Source: Hemiscyllium ocellatum
Lineage: Eukaryota
Length of the DNA stretch: 64,000 nucleotides
Reading direction: 5' to 3'
Assembly (NCBI RefSeq): GCF_020745735.1
Contig: NC_083423.1
Span: 50,344,001 to 50,408,000, forward strand
Shown here: positions 13,031 through 25,569 of the stretch, one piece after another
How the letters are laid out: every line of letters begins with the position of its first letter
Numbering within the stretch: the first letter of the stretch is position 1
Translations under genes and position numbers: made by a program
Notes under the pieces: generated by a model
What the model was told of the DNA's origin: nothing
The model's database searches: none
What the model saw: only the letters and a program-made list of their open reading frames with translations

Positions 13031-13221
13031 AGCAAAAACTTCCAGCTCGGCGAACAGAACCACAACAACGGACACCCGAGCTACAAATCTTCAACCAGAC
13101 TTTAAACCCTTTAACCTGTTACTAACTAAAACTCTCACACATTCACATCCTTTTGAGAGAAGAAATTCATCCTCATTTCAGTTTTAAATCTGACACCCCA
13201 AGCCTAAACTTATGATTTTTT

Positions 13222-13415
13222 TTAGATTAGATTCCCTACAGTATGGAAACTGGCCATTCAGCCCAACAAGTCTGCACCGACCCTCCGAAGAGTAACCCAC
13301 CCAGACCCATTCCCTACCAAATACTTAGCCCTGACTAATGCGCCTAACACTATGGGCAATTTAGCAAGGCCAATTTACCTGACCTGCACATCTTTGGATT
13401 GTGGGAGGAAACTCA
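13222..13415 (-). mobile_element. HE1-type V-SINE, 3' half
   Basis: tagattagattccctacagt...aatttagcaaggccaatttacctgacctgcacatctttgg. Confidence 0.8.
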
Positions 13416-14459
13416 CACATCGCATTCCATTTACAAGAACCAATTAATGACATGCTCATTCATTAAAGTTGTCACAGAAATAAACTGTTAAACAAAGTCA
13501 CATTTTTACTTTAATTTTACGCTCGGGTTAATATTGCACGCATATGTGTGCACAATATGCAATTATCATCGATGCATCAGATCTTGTAGAGCTTTTAAGT
13601 CACTAGTTGTTTGTTTAAGGCCGATATTGGGGTGTGATTCTAGCCCAGCAGCCAGCTGTATTTCTGGCACTTGCAACATGATCAGTTTTTTAAAGAAAAT
13701 TGTTGCTGACTTACTTTGCTTGCGTCAAAGTGTATTATCTGATTTAATCTTCACTATCTGTTGAAAATAAGTACATAGTAATGACCTTCCACCAATAGTT
13801 GGTGATAAAATGCAGTTGGATACATTATTTGATGTATGGAAATAAGATCTCTGGTTCAAAGGACACCTGTGGTTAGAAATTATGGACATAATTTAACTGT
13901 GTCACTTTCTGGTTTCCAAACTCATATCATTTCATACAATCTTGAGTGATTTGGTCGGTTTTGTGCATGACGCTGATCCCTCCAGATAAGTATCAGTAGC
14001 TTTTCCTGCTTGACTAGAACAAAAGCATTTTGATTGGTTTGTAGTTACACAGTCTGCTCAGTCTATCAGAATAACTCTACATTCATCATCTGTTCAGTGA
14101 GTCACATTTTGCAGCAGATGATTTCTGCTGCTCCAGGTGTGACATGCATTGGTTAGCCCAGTTGGCTGCCGGCTAGTTTACAATGCAACATGTGACGCCT
14201 CCAGCGTGGGTTCAATTTTGGCACTAGCTGAGGTTACCTTGAAAGTTCAACCTTGTCATTTGTCTAAGATCTGGTGAACGTCAGGTTAAACTCACCACCA
14301 ATCATTTCCAACGAGAGAGTGGGACTATGGTGAATTTATCTTTATAATCAATGACGTGTATGAAGCATGTGTCTAACCTGCAACTTGCACAGAACTTTAC
14401 TTTCCATCCTAAGACTACCTTTGATGTTCCACTGAACAGGTTTATGTTGCAAATACCGT

Positions 14460-14780
14460 GGCAGCACAGTGGCTCCGTGGTTGGGACCTGGGTTTGTTTC
14501 CAGCCTCGGGTGACTATCTGTGTGGTGTTCACATATTCTCCCTGTGTCTGCGTGATTGACAATTCCTCCGTGTGGTCCGGTTTCCTCCCACAATTCAAAG
14601 ATGTGCAGGTTAGGTGGATTGGTCATAGTATCCAGGAATGTGCAGGTCAGGTGGATTAACCCTGGGAATTGCAAAGTTAGGGATGGGATAGGTGGAGGAA
14701 GGGATCTAGGTGGGACATTCTTTGGAGGGTTGTTGTGGACTTGATGAGCGGAACGGCCACACTGTAGGGATTCTATGACT
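14460..14780 (+). mobile_element. HE1-type V-SINE, diverged
   Basis: V-domain core and ctgtagggattctatg tail. Confidence 0.75.
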
Positions 14781-14810
14781 ATCTAAACTTCATGACGGTA
14801 GATAATTTCT

Positions 14811-14937
14811 AGGCGAAAGTGAGTACTGCAGATGCTGGAGATCAGAGTCGAGAGTGTGGTGCTGGAAAAGCACAGCAGGTCAGGCAGCATCTGAGGAGCA
14901 GGAGAATCGATGTTCCGGGCAAAAGCCCTTCATCAGG
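14811..14937 (-). mobile_element. PLE family 2 solo terminal fragment (degenerate hammerhead + tail)
   Basis: Reverse complement cctgatgaagggcttttgcccggaacatcgattctcctgctcc...cagcatctgcagtactcactttc; imperfect TSD around gataattt. Confidence 0.75.
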
Positions 14938-15302
14938 TAGGATAATTTATGTCCATTTTGAAATAACCAAATCAGAGTTCTGTGATATTTATGATATAAT
15001 GAACTGCCTGGCCCTCTCCAAACGAGCTGTTAGTCCAGCTCATTTGCAGCCACAAAACATGGACATCAAATTATATGCACAGGTATTACAGTCAGACCCC
15101 AGGCAAGGCTTTACAATTCATTACAGTTCCACACAGGATACCCGAAACTGTTCAACTCCTGGCTGAGGAGGAATGAACTTGTACCCACCTTTCGTCCTCC
15201 TCCCCTTTTAGTTGGTTGCAGCAAGGTTAATTTCAAAAGGATCCCTTTTCTAGTTGATTCCGTTCACCCAACTCAAATGAAGTATTCAGAGAAAAAAACC
15301 CC

Positions 15303-15515
15303 AAGATACTGCAGATGCTTAATATCAGAAGCAAGAACAGAAATTGCTGGAAAATCTTGGCGAGCAGCAAAAAAATAGAGAGAAGGCTGAGTTAACATTT
15401 CGGATCCCGTGTCTGAAGTTCTGAGGATGGATCACTGGACCTGAAACAGTGACTCTGCTTTCTCTCCACTGATGCTGCCAGACCTGCTGAGTTTCTCCAG
15501 CAATTTCTGTTCTTG
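15303..15515. mobile_element. Probable PLE family 4 mini fold-back with degenerate hammerhead; relatives at about 480-545, 3085-3205, 37981-38070 and 49735-49875
   Basis: Inverted arms caagaacagaaattgctgga / tccagcaatttctgttcttg; ctgaggatggatcactggacctgaaac is a decayed core. Confidence 0.6.
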
Positions 15516-16220
15516 TGTCCAGTCGGATTGTGTTTGAAAAGGAACCAATTTAACTCCGCATTCTTGAGTTCACAGGAAGCGAGTTATTAATTGACAAAAG
15601 TATGGACAATTACTAAAGATCACATTAGAAATGAAAGGTGAGATCAGAAAAATAGAATTGTTCAATCATGTAATTGTTTGCTAAGATTGTCCAGTTGAAC
15701 ATTGTGGTCATTGCAGTTGGAAATGTCTGTAGTTGGGATTTGGACAGCTGTTGTGTTTGCTTGGATTCTCGGTTTTGTAAGCTGATTGAAGATTCATTGT
15801 CTTGATTCCCCTTTTCAACTGGTTTGCAACACTTGGAGCGGAAGAATATCTTTACCTGCAACAGAGGGAGAACGAGGGGGAATAACACCTTGACTGTGAC
15901 CTTCATAGCATACTCACACTCAAATCCAGACAGATACACAGGAAAGCTTTCAGGCCCACCAGTCCTCTCAACTAGAGTTGAAACTGGCATTTTGACCTTG
16001 TGTATTCTTCAAAACGAAAAACGTGACATGTGTTTGCAGTTTGGGACATGCTCCACAGTGGGTAGTTGACTGTTGAACAGGGGTTAGTTGCTATGTTACC
16101 TTTGATCAAGAAATCACAATATTGTCCTTTTGATTTGGAGATGCCGGTGTTGCACTGGGGTGTACACAGTTAAAAATCACACAACACCAGGTTATAGTCC
16201 AACAGGTTTGATTGGAAGCA

Positions 16221-16255
16221 CACTAGCTTTCGGAGCGACGCTCCTTCATCAGGTG
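16221..16255 (-). ncRNA. Minimal hammerhead ribozyme motif (PLE family 3)
   Basis: Reverse complement CAC CUGAUGA A GGAGC guc GCUCC GAAA G CUA GUG; AGCU palindrome; stem I CAC/GUG. Confidence 0.8.
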
Positions 16256-16717
16256 ATTGTGGAGGGCTCGATCGTATCACAGAATTTATAGCAAAAATTT
16301 GCAGTGTGATGTAACTGAAATTATACATTGAAAAATTGATTGTCTGTTAAGCTTTTCATCTGTTAGAATACAGTGATAGTTTCACTTCTTTCATGTGAAA
16401 ATCACAAAACCTTTTTTAAAAAGTTGCATTCTCGGGTTAGCTGTTAACAATGGTGATAGCTAGACAATATGTTGAAGGTGTTAGCCCCCTGTGTTCTCTG
16501 TCTATGCCATGATGTTTAGATTGATTCTAATCTAAAAAGTGAGATAAGGGTTTTACATAAATTCATGCAGTTTTTGAGCTCAGAGTTCTACATGAATCAA
16601 TGCAGTTTTTAAGCAAAGTGCAATGTAACTCTGCAAGTCCAAATTCACCCCACAAAATATATGTGTGCATGTGGGTCTTTGTCTGTGTCTGTCTGTCTGT
16701 CTGTCTGGGGTGGGGGT

Positions 16718-16748
<31 letters not shown>

Positions 16749-17031
16749 ACGCGCGTGTGTAGGTGGTGAGTGCAGAGTATCTTAAGTCTGTGAGGGGGTG
16801 CATGTGTGAGTGTGGGAGTGTGTGTGTACCTGTGTCCATGTGTGTGTGTAGTGCAATGGTGGTCACCTGTAATGTGACATGAACCCAAGGTCGCGGTTGA
16901 GGCCCTCCCTATGGGTACCGAACTTAGCTATCAGCCTCTGCTCGGCCATTGATAGCTAAGTTCGGTACCCATAGGGAGGGCCTCAACTGGGACCTTGAGT
17001 TCATGTCACATTAAGGTGATCACCATTGCAC

Positions 17032-17071
<40 letters not shown>

Positions 17072-17690
17072 TACACAGGGACACCGTTACACATAGACGA
17101 GCACACAAACACACACACACACCCTTATAGACACACACACTCCCACACTCACACAATGCACCCCTCACAGACTTAAGACACTCTGCACTCACTACGCACA
17201 CACACACACACACACACACTTTCTCACACTCAACCCCCACCCCAGACAGACAGACACACACAGACAGACCCACATACACACATATATTTTGTGGGGTGAA
17301 TTTGTACTTGCAGAGTTACATTGCACTTTGCTCAAAAACTGCATACATTCATGTCGAACTCTGAGCTCAAAAACTGCATGAATTTATGTAAAACACTGTT
17401 ATCTCACTTTTTAGATTAGAATCAATCTAAACATCAGGTAATAGACAGAGAACACAGGGGGCTAACACCTTCAACATATTGTCTAGCTATCACCCATTGT
17501 TAACAGCTAACCCAAGAATGCAACTTTTAAAAAAAAGGGTTTTGTGATTTTCACATGAAAGAAGTGAAACTATCACTGTATTCTAATAGATGAAAAGCTT
17601 AACAATCAATTTTTCAATGTAAAATTTCAGTTACATCACACTACAAATTTTTTGCTATAAATTCTGTGTTACGATTGAGCCCTCCACAAT

Positions 17691-17725
17691 TACCTGATGA
17701 AGGAGCGTCGCTCCGAAAGCTAGTG
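17691..17725 (+). ncRNA. Minimal hammerhead ribozyme motif (PLE family 3)
   Basis: UAC CUGAUGA A GGAGC guc GCUCC GAAA G CUA GUG. Confidence 0.78.
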
Positions 17726-19116
17726 TGCTTCCAGTTAAACCTGTTGGACTATAACCTGGTGTTGTGTGATTACTTTGTTTGAAGTTTCTATGATATTTTT
17801 AGTTGTTACATCCCATCGGTCTTGCATGTTTGTTTTACGCTTGCAGTTATCTTATTTCTGTGGCAGTTCTTTTTTAAAACCCACATTTTGGAATGAATGG
17901 TTGGAAACGCTAGTTGTGTTTGGGGTTCTGAGCCAGCATCATAATTGTGGCGATACTATGCCTTTAGGAGGTATATTTTGTCTTGTTTATTTTTATGAAG
18001 AAAGATTGAGACAGAGCTGCCAAGCATTCTGCTCAAAGCCAATAAAATAACAACTTGTGAGGCCTTGGGGTTTTTTTTAAAAGTTGGAACAATAAAAGCA
18101 GCCTGAATGGGGGGTGGGTGGTGGGGGGGAGGTCAAGCTCCCACAGAACCAGGATTTTTACTTTTAGCTTTCTGCAGTTACTGGAGTTATAAAGCTGGAT
18201 ATGGGAGCCCTCTAGAATCAGAGTCTGGATTTAGAGACTACACATTTGGATGATATGTCAAATTTTAGGGAAAGATTAAATAAAGTGGGTGAATTTGCTA
18301 AACAGCCTGTGATGAATCAGGAAGCAGCCTAGAAATCAAAAAATCACAATTGTTCTTGTGCCAATAAAGTGTTAGTATTACTCCCCAGAGGTAGGTAAAC
18401 CTTCAAAGGCAAGGTTTAGTGGGCCTTATCAAATTCAAAGGAAATTGAGTGAGGTGAATTATTTAATAAGAACAATAGATAGAAAGAAACCTAACAGAGT
18501 GAGTCATGTGAATATGCTGAATAAGGGTTTTGACTGGGAAGGAAAGCAAAAGGAGAATGTGTTTCTGGTTCAAACTCAGAATAAACAACCAAATTCAGAG
18601 GATACAGAATTGGACATTTCTCAAATTAAATTGGAAAATGAGGAAGTTCTCAACAATTGGGATAAATGATTGGGTTACCTTCCAGACGAAAATCGAAATG
18701 ACCTGAAAGAGCTGTTACAATCACATGGGGTGATACATGGGAATAAGCTGGTTAGTACTAATCTAATTAATCATTCTGTAAAAATAGGAATTGCTTTCCA
18801 ATTAAACAACATTCTTATAGATTTAATCCTCTAAAGTTGGCACAGGTTCAAAAAAAGACTGAGCACATGCTCAAAGACAATATATTTGAAGTAAGCTGTA
18901 ACGAATGTAGCTCGCCCATAGTAATGGTGCTATAAACCAGATGATACCCAATGATTTTATGTGGACTATTCCAAAGTCAATGCAGTTACAACATCTGATT
19001 CATGAGCTATTCCACATTTGGAAGACTGTATTGAGAAAGTGGGACAAACAACTTATAATTCAAAGTACCTTTATCTGAAAGAGCAAAGAAAATCTCAAAT
19101 TTCATGACACCAAATG

Positions 19117-21303
19117 ACACCCTATCCACCTGGAAGCCCCATGCTGGCCTGATACCTGCCCTCGACCTCTTCATTTCAAACTTCCACCATGACATCGACC
19201 ACCTCAGCCTGCCTCACCCACTCCAACCTCTCGCCCTCACAAAACGCAGTCCTCCACGCCCTCTGCTCCAACCCCAACCTCACCCACAGACAAGGGAGGC
19301 ATAGTAGTAGTGTGGCACACTGACCTCTACATTGCTGAAGCCAGGTGCCAACTTACACACACCTCCTCCTACTGCCCCTTTCATCACCAGACCATCATCT
19401 CCCTGACCATCTGCAACCTCATCATCTCTGGGGATCTCCCATCTACAGCCTCCAACCTCATTGTCCGTGAACCCCACACTGCCTGATCTTACCTCCTTCC
19501 TAAGATTCACAAACCTGACTGCTCATGTCGACCCGTTGCCTCAACCTGCGCCTGTTCCACCAAACTCATTTCTTCCTACCTCAACACCTTTCTGAACCCC
19601 TTAGTCCAGGAACTCCCCACCAATATTCATGAAACCACCCATGCCCTTCATCTCCTCCAAGAATTTTGTCTCCCCAGCCCCCAATGCCTCATTATCACAA
19701 TGGACAACCAGTCCCTGTACATATCGACCCATCATGACAAAGGTCTCCAAACTCTCCGTTTCTTCCTCTCAGGCCGTTCCAACCAGTGCCCTTCCACTGA
19801 CACCCTCTTCTGCCGGGCTGAACTCGTCCTCCCCCTCAATAACTTCTCCTTCCAATCCTCCCATTTCCTCCAAACCAAAGAGGTAGCCATGGGTACTTCA
19901 TGGGACCCAGCGATGCCTGCCTTTTGTCGGATATGTGGAACATTTCAACTTCCACCATTACACCAGCACCACCCCCCACCTGTTCCTCCACTACATTGAT
20001 GGCTGTATCGGTGCTGCCTCGTGCTCCCATAAGGAGGTTGGAAAGTTCAACTTTACCAACACCTTCCACCTTGAACTCAAATTCACCTGGACAATCTCAG
20101 GAACCTCCCTCCCCTTCCTGAATCTCTCCATCACTGTCTCTGGTGACCGACTAACCACAGACATCTATTACAAGCCTACCGATTCCAACAGCTACCTAGA
20201 CTACACCTCCTTCCACTCTACCTCCTGTAAAAACGCCATCCCTTGCTCCCAATTCCTCTGCTTCCACTGCCCCTGTGCCCAGGATGACCAATTCCACCTC
20301 AGAAAGTCCCTGATGGCCTTCTTCTTCCACAATTGCAACTTCCCTTACAATGTGGTTGACGATGCCCTCCAGCACATCTCCTCCACTTCATGCACCACTG
20401 CCCTTGTACCCCACCCCTCCCAATGCAACAAGGACAAAACCCACATGGTCCTCACCTTGCACCCCACCAACCTCCACATACAACGCATCATCCTCTACCA
20501 CTTCTGCCAATTCCAAACAGACCCCACTCCCAGAGATATATTTCCCCCCACCTCTATCAGCGTTCTGAAAAGACTATTCACTCTACGACTCCATGCCTCC
20601 AACAACCCACACCCCACTTCTGGCACCTTTCCCTGCCACCGCAGGAAGTGCAAAACCTGTACCCCCATCACTCCCCTCATCTCCATCCAAGGCCCCAAGG
20701 GATCCTTCCACATCCGACAGAAATTCGCCTGTACCTTTACCAATGTCATCTACTGCATCTGTTGCACCCAGTGTGGTCTCCTCTACCTCGGGGAGATGGG
20801 ACGTCTTAGTGCAGATCTTTTCAGAGAACATCTCTGGGACACCCACACCCACCAACCCCACAGCCCCATGACTGAATACTTCAACTCCCCCTCCTACTCT
20901 GTCAAGAATATGCAGGTCCTGGGCCTCCTCCACTGCCAAACCGTTACCACCCAACACTTGGAGAAGAAATGCCTCATATTCTGCCTTGGAACCCTGCAAC
21001 CATACGGGATAAATGTGGATTTCAACAGCTTCCTAATTTCCCACTCCCCACATTATCCCAGTCCCAAGCCTCCAACTTGACACCGCCTTCCAGTCCCGTC
21101 CATCTCTCCCCCGTCTGACCTATCACCTTCATCCACCTATTGTTTTCCCAGCTACTTCCTCCAGCCCCACCCCCTCCCATTTATCTCTCAGCCCCGACCC
21201 ACAAGCCTCTTCCTGATGAAGGACTTATGCCCGAAATGTTGATTCTCCTGCTCCTCGGATGCTGCCTGACCAGCTGTGCTTTTCCAACACCACACTCTCA
21301 ACT
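19117..21303 (+). mobile_element. PLE family 2 (Neptune-like), RT + Cys-rich linker + GIY-YIG, decayed, nested in the Gypsy RT
   Basis: TMDNQSLY, NNFSF..FLQTKEVAMGT, HYIDG (from YIDD), CHRRKCKTC, NVIYCICCTQCGLLYLGEMGR. Terminal repeat with degenerate hammerhead at 21213. Confidence 0.9.
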
Positions 21304-21618
21304 CTGTACCGGTTTAAAGTCATGCCATTTGGTATGAAAATTGTGCCAGATACTTTTCAAAGACTAACCAATACAGTCATTTCTGGATTGTGTGGTGTAC
21401 ATCGACAACCTGATGATTTTTAGTCACACGTGGAAGGAACATTTGGAACATTTATAGGAATCATTTGACTTGGGGAGGCAGGCTTAGGGATAAACCTGAC
21501 TAAGAGTGAGTTCGCAAAAGCCCAAGTCACATTCCTGTACCATGTCATTAGACATGGACAAATGGCTCCTTAAAGGGTATTGAGGAGCTATGCAATTCTA
21601 TTGTCGAAGAGGGAAGCA

Positions 21619-21967
21619 TAGGTAGACAATCCTTTATCAAAAACCCATGGTATCAGCGGCTTTCAGATTTCGGAATTTTTTTGGATAAAGGCTTAAACCA
21701 CATTTTTAGAGTAAATTTTCTTTTTAAATTACCGAACAGCAGAAGCACCTATGGTTACTTTGAGCACTGAGACAGGATTGATGCTGGCCAGCGTTGAGCC
21801 ACACCGCTACGTCACGCCTGTGTGACGGTGGGTTGAGTGGGTGTGGAGTTGACTTAACTGTTTGCCCGCCAAACAACATGGTTATTGAGAAAGAAAAATT
21901 CAGGAAAAGGCTTTGGATTTTGGAGCTTTTCGGATATCAGGATTTCAAATTGAGGATTGTCAACCTG
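21619..21967. mobile_element. Tc1/mariner-pogo (Tigger-like) MITE nested in the Gypsy pol
   Basis: TIRs taggtagacaatcct / aggattgtcaacctg with a following TA; the Gypsy frame EA|VLRFLG resumes after it. Confidence 0.7.
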
Positions 21968-24629
21968 TACTAAGATTCCTAGGAATCAGTGGTATTTACT
22001 GGAAATTATATAGTGCAATGTGGTTGCTCCAGTGACTGACTTGCCGAAGACGTGCACAACATTTCAGTGGATAGAGGAGTGTGAGAAGGCATTTGACAGC
22101 CTGAAGGCTGTGTTAACCACTGACCCAGTGTTAGCCACACCTAATAACCCAAAGCTGTTCAAAGTGGCTATCTATGCGAATAATGTGGATGTCAATGATG
22201 TACTCTTGCAAAAAGATGATGAGAAGGAGCAAATTGAACAATCATCAACAGAAATATTCCACAATTGCGAAGAAGATCTTGAGTTTGGTGTTGGCATTGC
22301 AACATTTCAACATTTATTTGCCAGTAATGTGTCTGTATATACTAATCATAAGCCCTTAAAGTTTTTGGGAGAATTTTAGGAAAGAAATTCCAGACTGTTT
22401 AGCTTAATTTTGCAGCCTTTCAATTTGAAACTTGTTCATGTGGCAGGACGAGGGAATGTAATCGCTGATGCATTGTCACGATTTTGATGAAGGAAGATGG
22501 AAACATTCAATGGCGGGAAAAAAATGGACTGAAATGGACTGTAGTCATGAATGTTCGCGTGGTTAGAGTCAATGCAATGTATATATATATATTCGGGTTT
22601 ACTACAGGTAAGGTTGAAAAGAAAGAAAGATTGAGGCAAAGGTGCCAAGCGGTCTGCTCAAAACCTATAAAATAAAGAGCTTGTGAGACGTTAGGACTTT
22701 AAAAAGGTTTTACAATAGTAGCAGCCTAGATACATGGGGTCAAGTTCCTAAAAAAGCAGGATTTTAAGTTTTATCTTTCTGCAGTTGCTAGAGTCTTCAA
22801 GCGGGATCTGGAAGCTCTTATTCCTGCCTCTGTTACAACTAATAACGGGTTCTCTTCCTGCTGCTATATTCGCACTTGAGACAATCAATTTTACTGAATT
22901 TGCCTTTGCCAAGGGTGTGTTTATGGGATGTTACTATAGTGGAACAGTTAATTAGTAGTAGTTAATAGATATTGTTAAACATTTCAATAGAGCTACAGTT
23001 AAGACAATGCTTTTGTTTTTAGTGTTTGCCAAATAGTTTGACCAATTGAATTGCGCCCGGAAGGCAACATCTTAAAATTAACTTTAAAATAAGAAAACAT
23101 TAGGGTCTAGCCTATCTAATATATTTTGAGGGAGTTTAATCAGGTCCACAACAATTACGCAAGCAATAAAACTGTGTTGTGCTCTTCATTCTTATTGAAA
23201 ATAAAGCATGTAGGATAAAGCTGAAAACTAACAAATATCTTTTGTTATCGTGACAATAGGGTTCTCATAACTATTTGTGATTGTCTTTTAGGAATTACAT
23301 TCAGGAGTGAATTAAATGCTGATTTCACTCAGCATTTAAAAGTATTAAAGCTCTGTAAAAAACCTTCAGGAACATTAGGGTTCTGCTTGGATCGTTCTGC
23401 TGTCTCCTGATAATAATCAGTAAAATCTCTGTCTGTTTACTGTCTCTCCTTCATGTTTGTCCACTTGCAAGTAATGAATGCACGGCATTAGCCCAGTAAA
23501 CAATGCAAATTTATTTTTTGGATGCTCCCACATTATTCAGCAAACAAGCTTATCACAAGGGCTTTGAGTACTCTTAAATTGAGCACATACAATTATTGTC
23601 AAATCCACCGAACACAAGGTAAGTGTGGCTGGTACCACAGTCTGATTCATGTTGAAGCATTAATAGGCTTTGGCAGCAGGGATTTGAGACCATCAAAACC
23701 ACTTGTATTACTTTTTGTGAGTTTCAGTTCTGATTGAAGACTTAACCTCTTCTAGATTATGTGATTGTCACTTCAGCATTAGAAAGCCTGGTTGTGTAAA
23801 AACCTTATCAGTTTTGAATTGTAAGCTGGAAATGACTTGCAGACTTTGGGACAGCTTCTGGTAAAAGGAATGGAGCAGACTTTGTTTGTTTATGAGGGCC
23901 AGACCTGGAGGGTAGTTGCAGGATGAACCTTAAATGAAAAGGTTCTAACAGACATCAGCAACCCTAGGAAGAGCGTTGTGTTTAAACAAATAGCAAACTA
24001 TTAACAATGTAAGTACCTGGGAATTGGTTCCGGCAAGTCTGGAAGATACGCTATGTTCAAGTAGATGCTGTTGATGATTGGTAATTGAAGCTTCAGGAGG
24101 GTCGATCAGTCTATCGGGGCAGAACCAGAATTAAAACTGTTTGTTTGAACTATACTTCCCGAGTGACAGTTCTGCATTTCTGCTGAGATAGCATGGAGAT
24201 GTTAAAGCCTCCAGCCTAATCTTCAGCCTTCCAGAAGCGCAAAGTATAGAAAGCTGAGTTTGAAGTCGTGCTGCTTTCACTTGGGTGAACTGAGAAGGTG
24301 ACCCCGATCAATGTTTCTGAAGAAACAGTGAAGGAGTCTACATTTAGTGCATTGTGAATCTCATTTAAGTAATCTGGCCAGTTTTGTAAAGTAAGGAATG
24401 AATGAAAGAAACTGCATGTGTTTGTCTGCCTTTTGTGTGATTGGGGACTGAAAACTAAAGGTTTGGGCTTAAAGCACAGATGTTAATCAGGTCACCGTGT
24501 TGTTTAATTTTCTCTCTCCTGAAGTTTTTGGGTGTGTCATAGAAAGTTAAGTATTTTGTTTAAGCATCAAAACCAGTATCTGGAATTTAATTGTTTGCAA
24601 AGTCTGGGATTGGTTATTGAAAAGCCTGG

Positions 24630-24792
24630 CTTAGAGTGGTGCTGGAAAAGCACAGCAGGTTAGGCAGCATCCGAGGAACAGGAAAATTAATATTTCGGGT
24701 GATAGCTTTTCATCAGGATGCTCCTCGGATGCTGCCTGATCTGCTCTAATCTTGACTCTAATCTCCAGCATTTGCAGTACCCACTTCTGCCC
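24630..24792. mobile_element. PLE family 2 mini fold-back
   Basis: Inverted aggcagcatccgagga / tcctcggatgctgcct; TSD tattgaaaagcctgg (24615-24629) / tattgaaaggcctgg (24793-24807). Confidence 0.75.
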
Positions 24793-25569
24793 TATTGAAA
24801 GGCCTGGATCGGAGCCACTGGAGTAGCCATTTGGGGGTATTCTGTGGTTTAAATTTAACATGCTATGAATACACAGTTCGAAAGGCTGATTTGACTCGGC
24901 TATCCATCTCCATGCCGTAATCGTTGGCAGAGTCTCAACTAGGAAAATCAAGTTAAAAACTATGTATTTGGGGAGTATGTGAGTTTGGGATTTTCCCATG
25001 GGACAGGTAGCAGGACTTGCTTGAGTGACGGGGTGGGGGTGGGGGGGGATTGGGGGAGACATCAGTCTAAGAGAATGGGTGGTGGCAAACAAATATGCCA
25101 CTAAATGGAGGAGGATCACTTTAGCCTTCATGGTGCTACCAGCTACATTTGAAGGGGTATATTTAGGAGGCTCGACGGTTGGCTTCACACATGCACCCTC
25201 ATGGATGACAACGGTTGGCTTCGGTGCACAGCAGGCAAGGGTATTTTTCATGCCCTTCACCTGAAGATAAAAGCCAGAAAATTCCCCAGCTCTTGACCAT
25301 CTCCCATCTCACCATTGCCCTGAAACAATGGCACTTTTGTGACATCTAGTCTGCCCCCATACCAATGAGGTCAGGATATTTGGAACTGTGTTATCACAAA
25401 TTATGTGCTTCCCATCCTACAGGACAAAGGGGGAAAGATTTATGAGAGATCTTCCCCCCCACATCTACTGCATCTCTCAGTGATCTCCCTTGGTTAATAC
25501 TGCATGGGTTGAGCAGACTATCAGCACTTGGTCTACTCTGCTCGTGTGTGTGTTTGCATATGCATACAA

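Larger units (their letters stand above)
11781..13105. mobile_element. Penelope-like element family 1, head-to-head fold-back insertion with GIY-YIG endonuclease
   Basis: The - strand encodes YESNHPNTHKRSCI...NVVYKIPCKDCTKHYIGQTGRQLTIRIHEH (GIY-YIG). Arms 11781-12163 and 12685-13067 are inverted copies. TSD accctttaacct at 11769-11780 and 13106-13117. Confidence 0.93.
16131..17771. mobile_element. PLE family 3 long fold-back (about 750-bp inverted arms)
   Basis: Arms about 16176-16933 and 16950-17771 are reverse complements. The - strand 16949-16863 encodes MAEQRLIAKFGTHREGLNRDLGFMSHYR*, a GIY-YIG C-terminus. Hammerhead motifs in both arms. Confidence 0.9.
17946..23153 (+). mobile_element. 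Decayed Gypsy LTR retrotransposon with INT-RT-RH order (Gmr1-like), internally deleted, with nested insertions
   Basis: LTR similarity between 17995-18210 and 22620-22820. Integrase C-terminus ARFSGPYQIQRKLSEVNY...HVNML at about 18410-18520. RT pieces SSPIVMV, VDYSKVN, MPFG, VYIDN. RNase H pieces EKAFDSLK...YTNHKPL...GNVIADALSRF. Confidence 0.85.

Noticed and set aside
24631-25260. 209-aa minus-strand ORF
   Set aside because: Runs through a PLE mini fold-back and degenerate repeat sequence; no protein motif.
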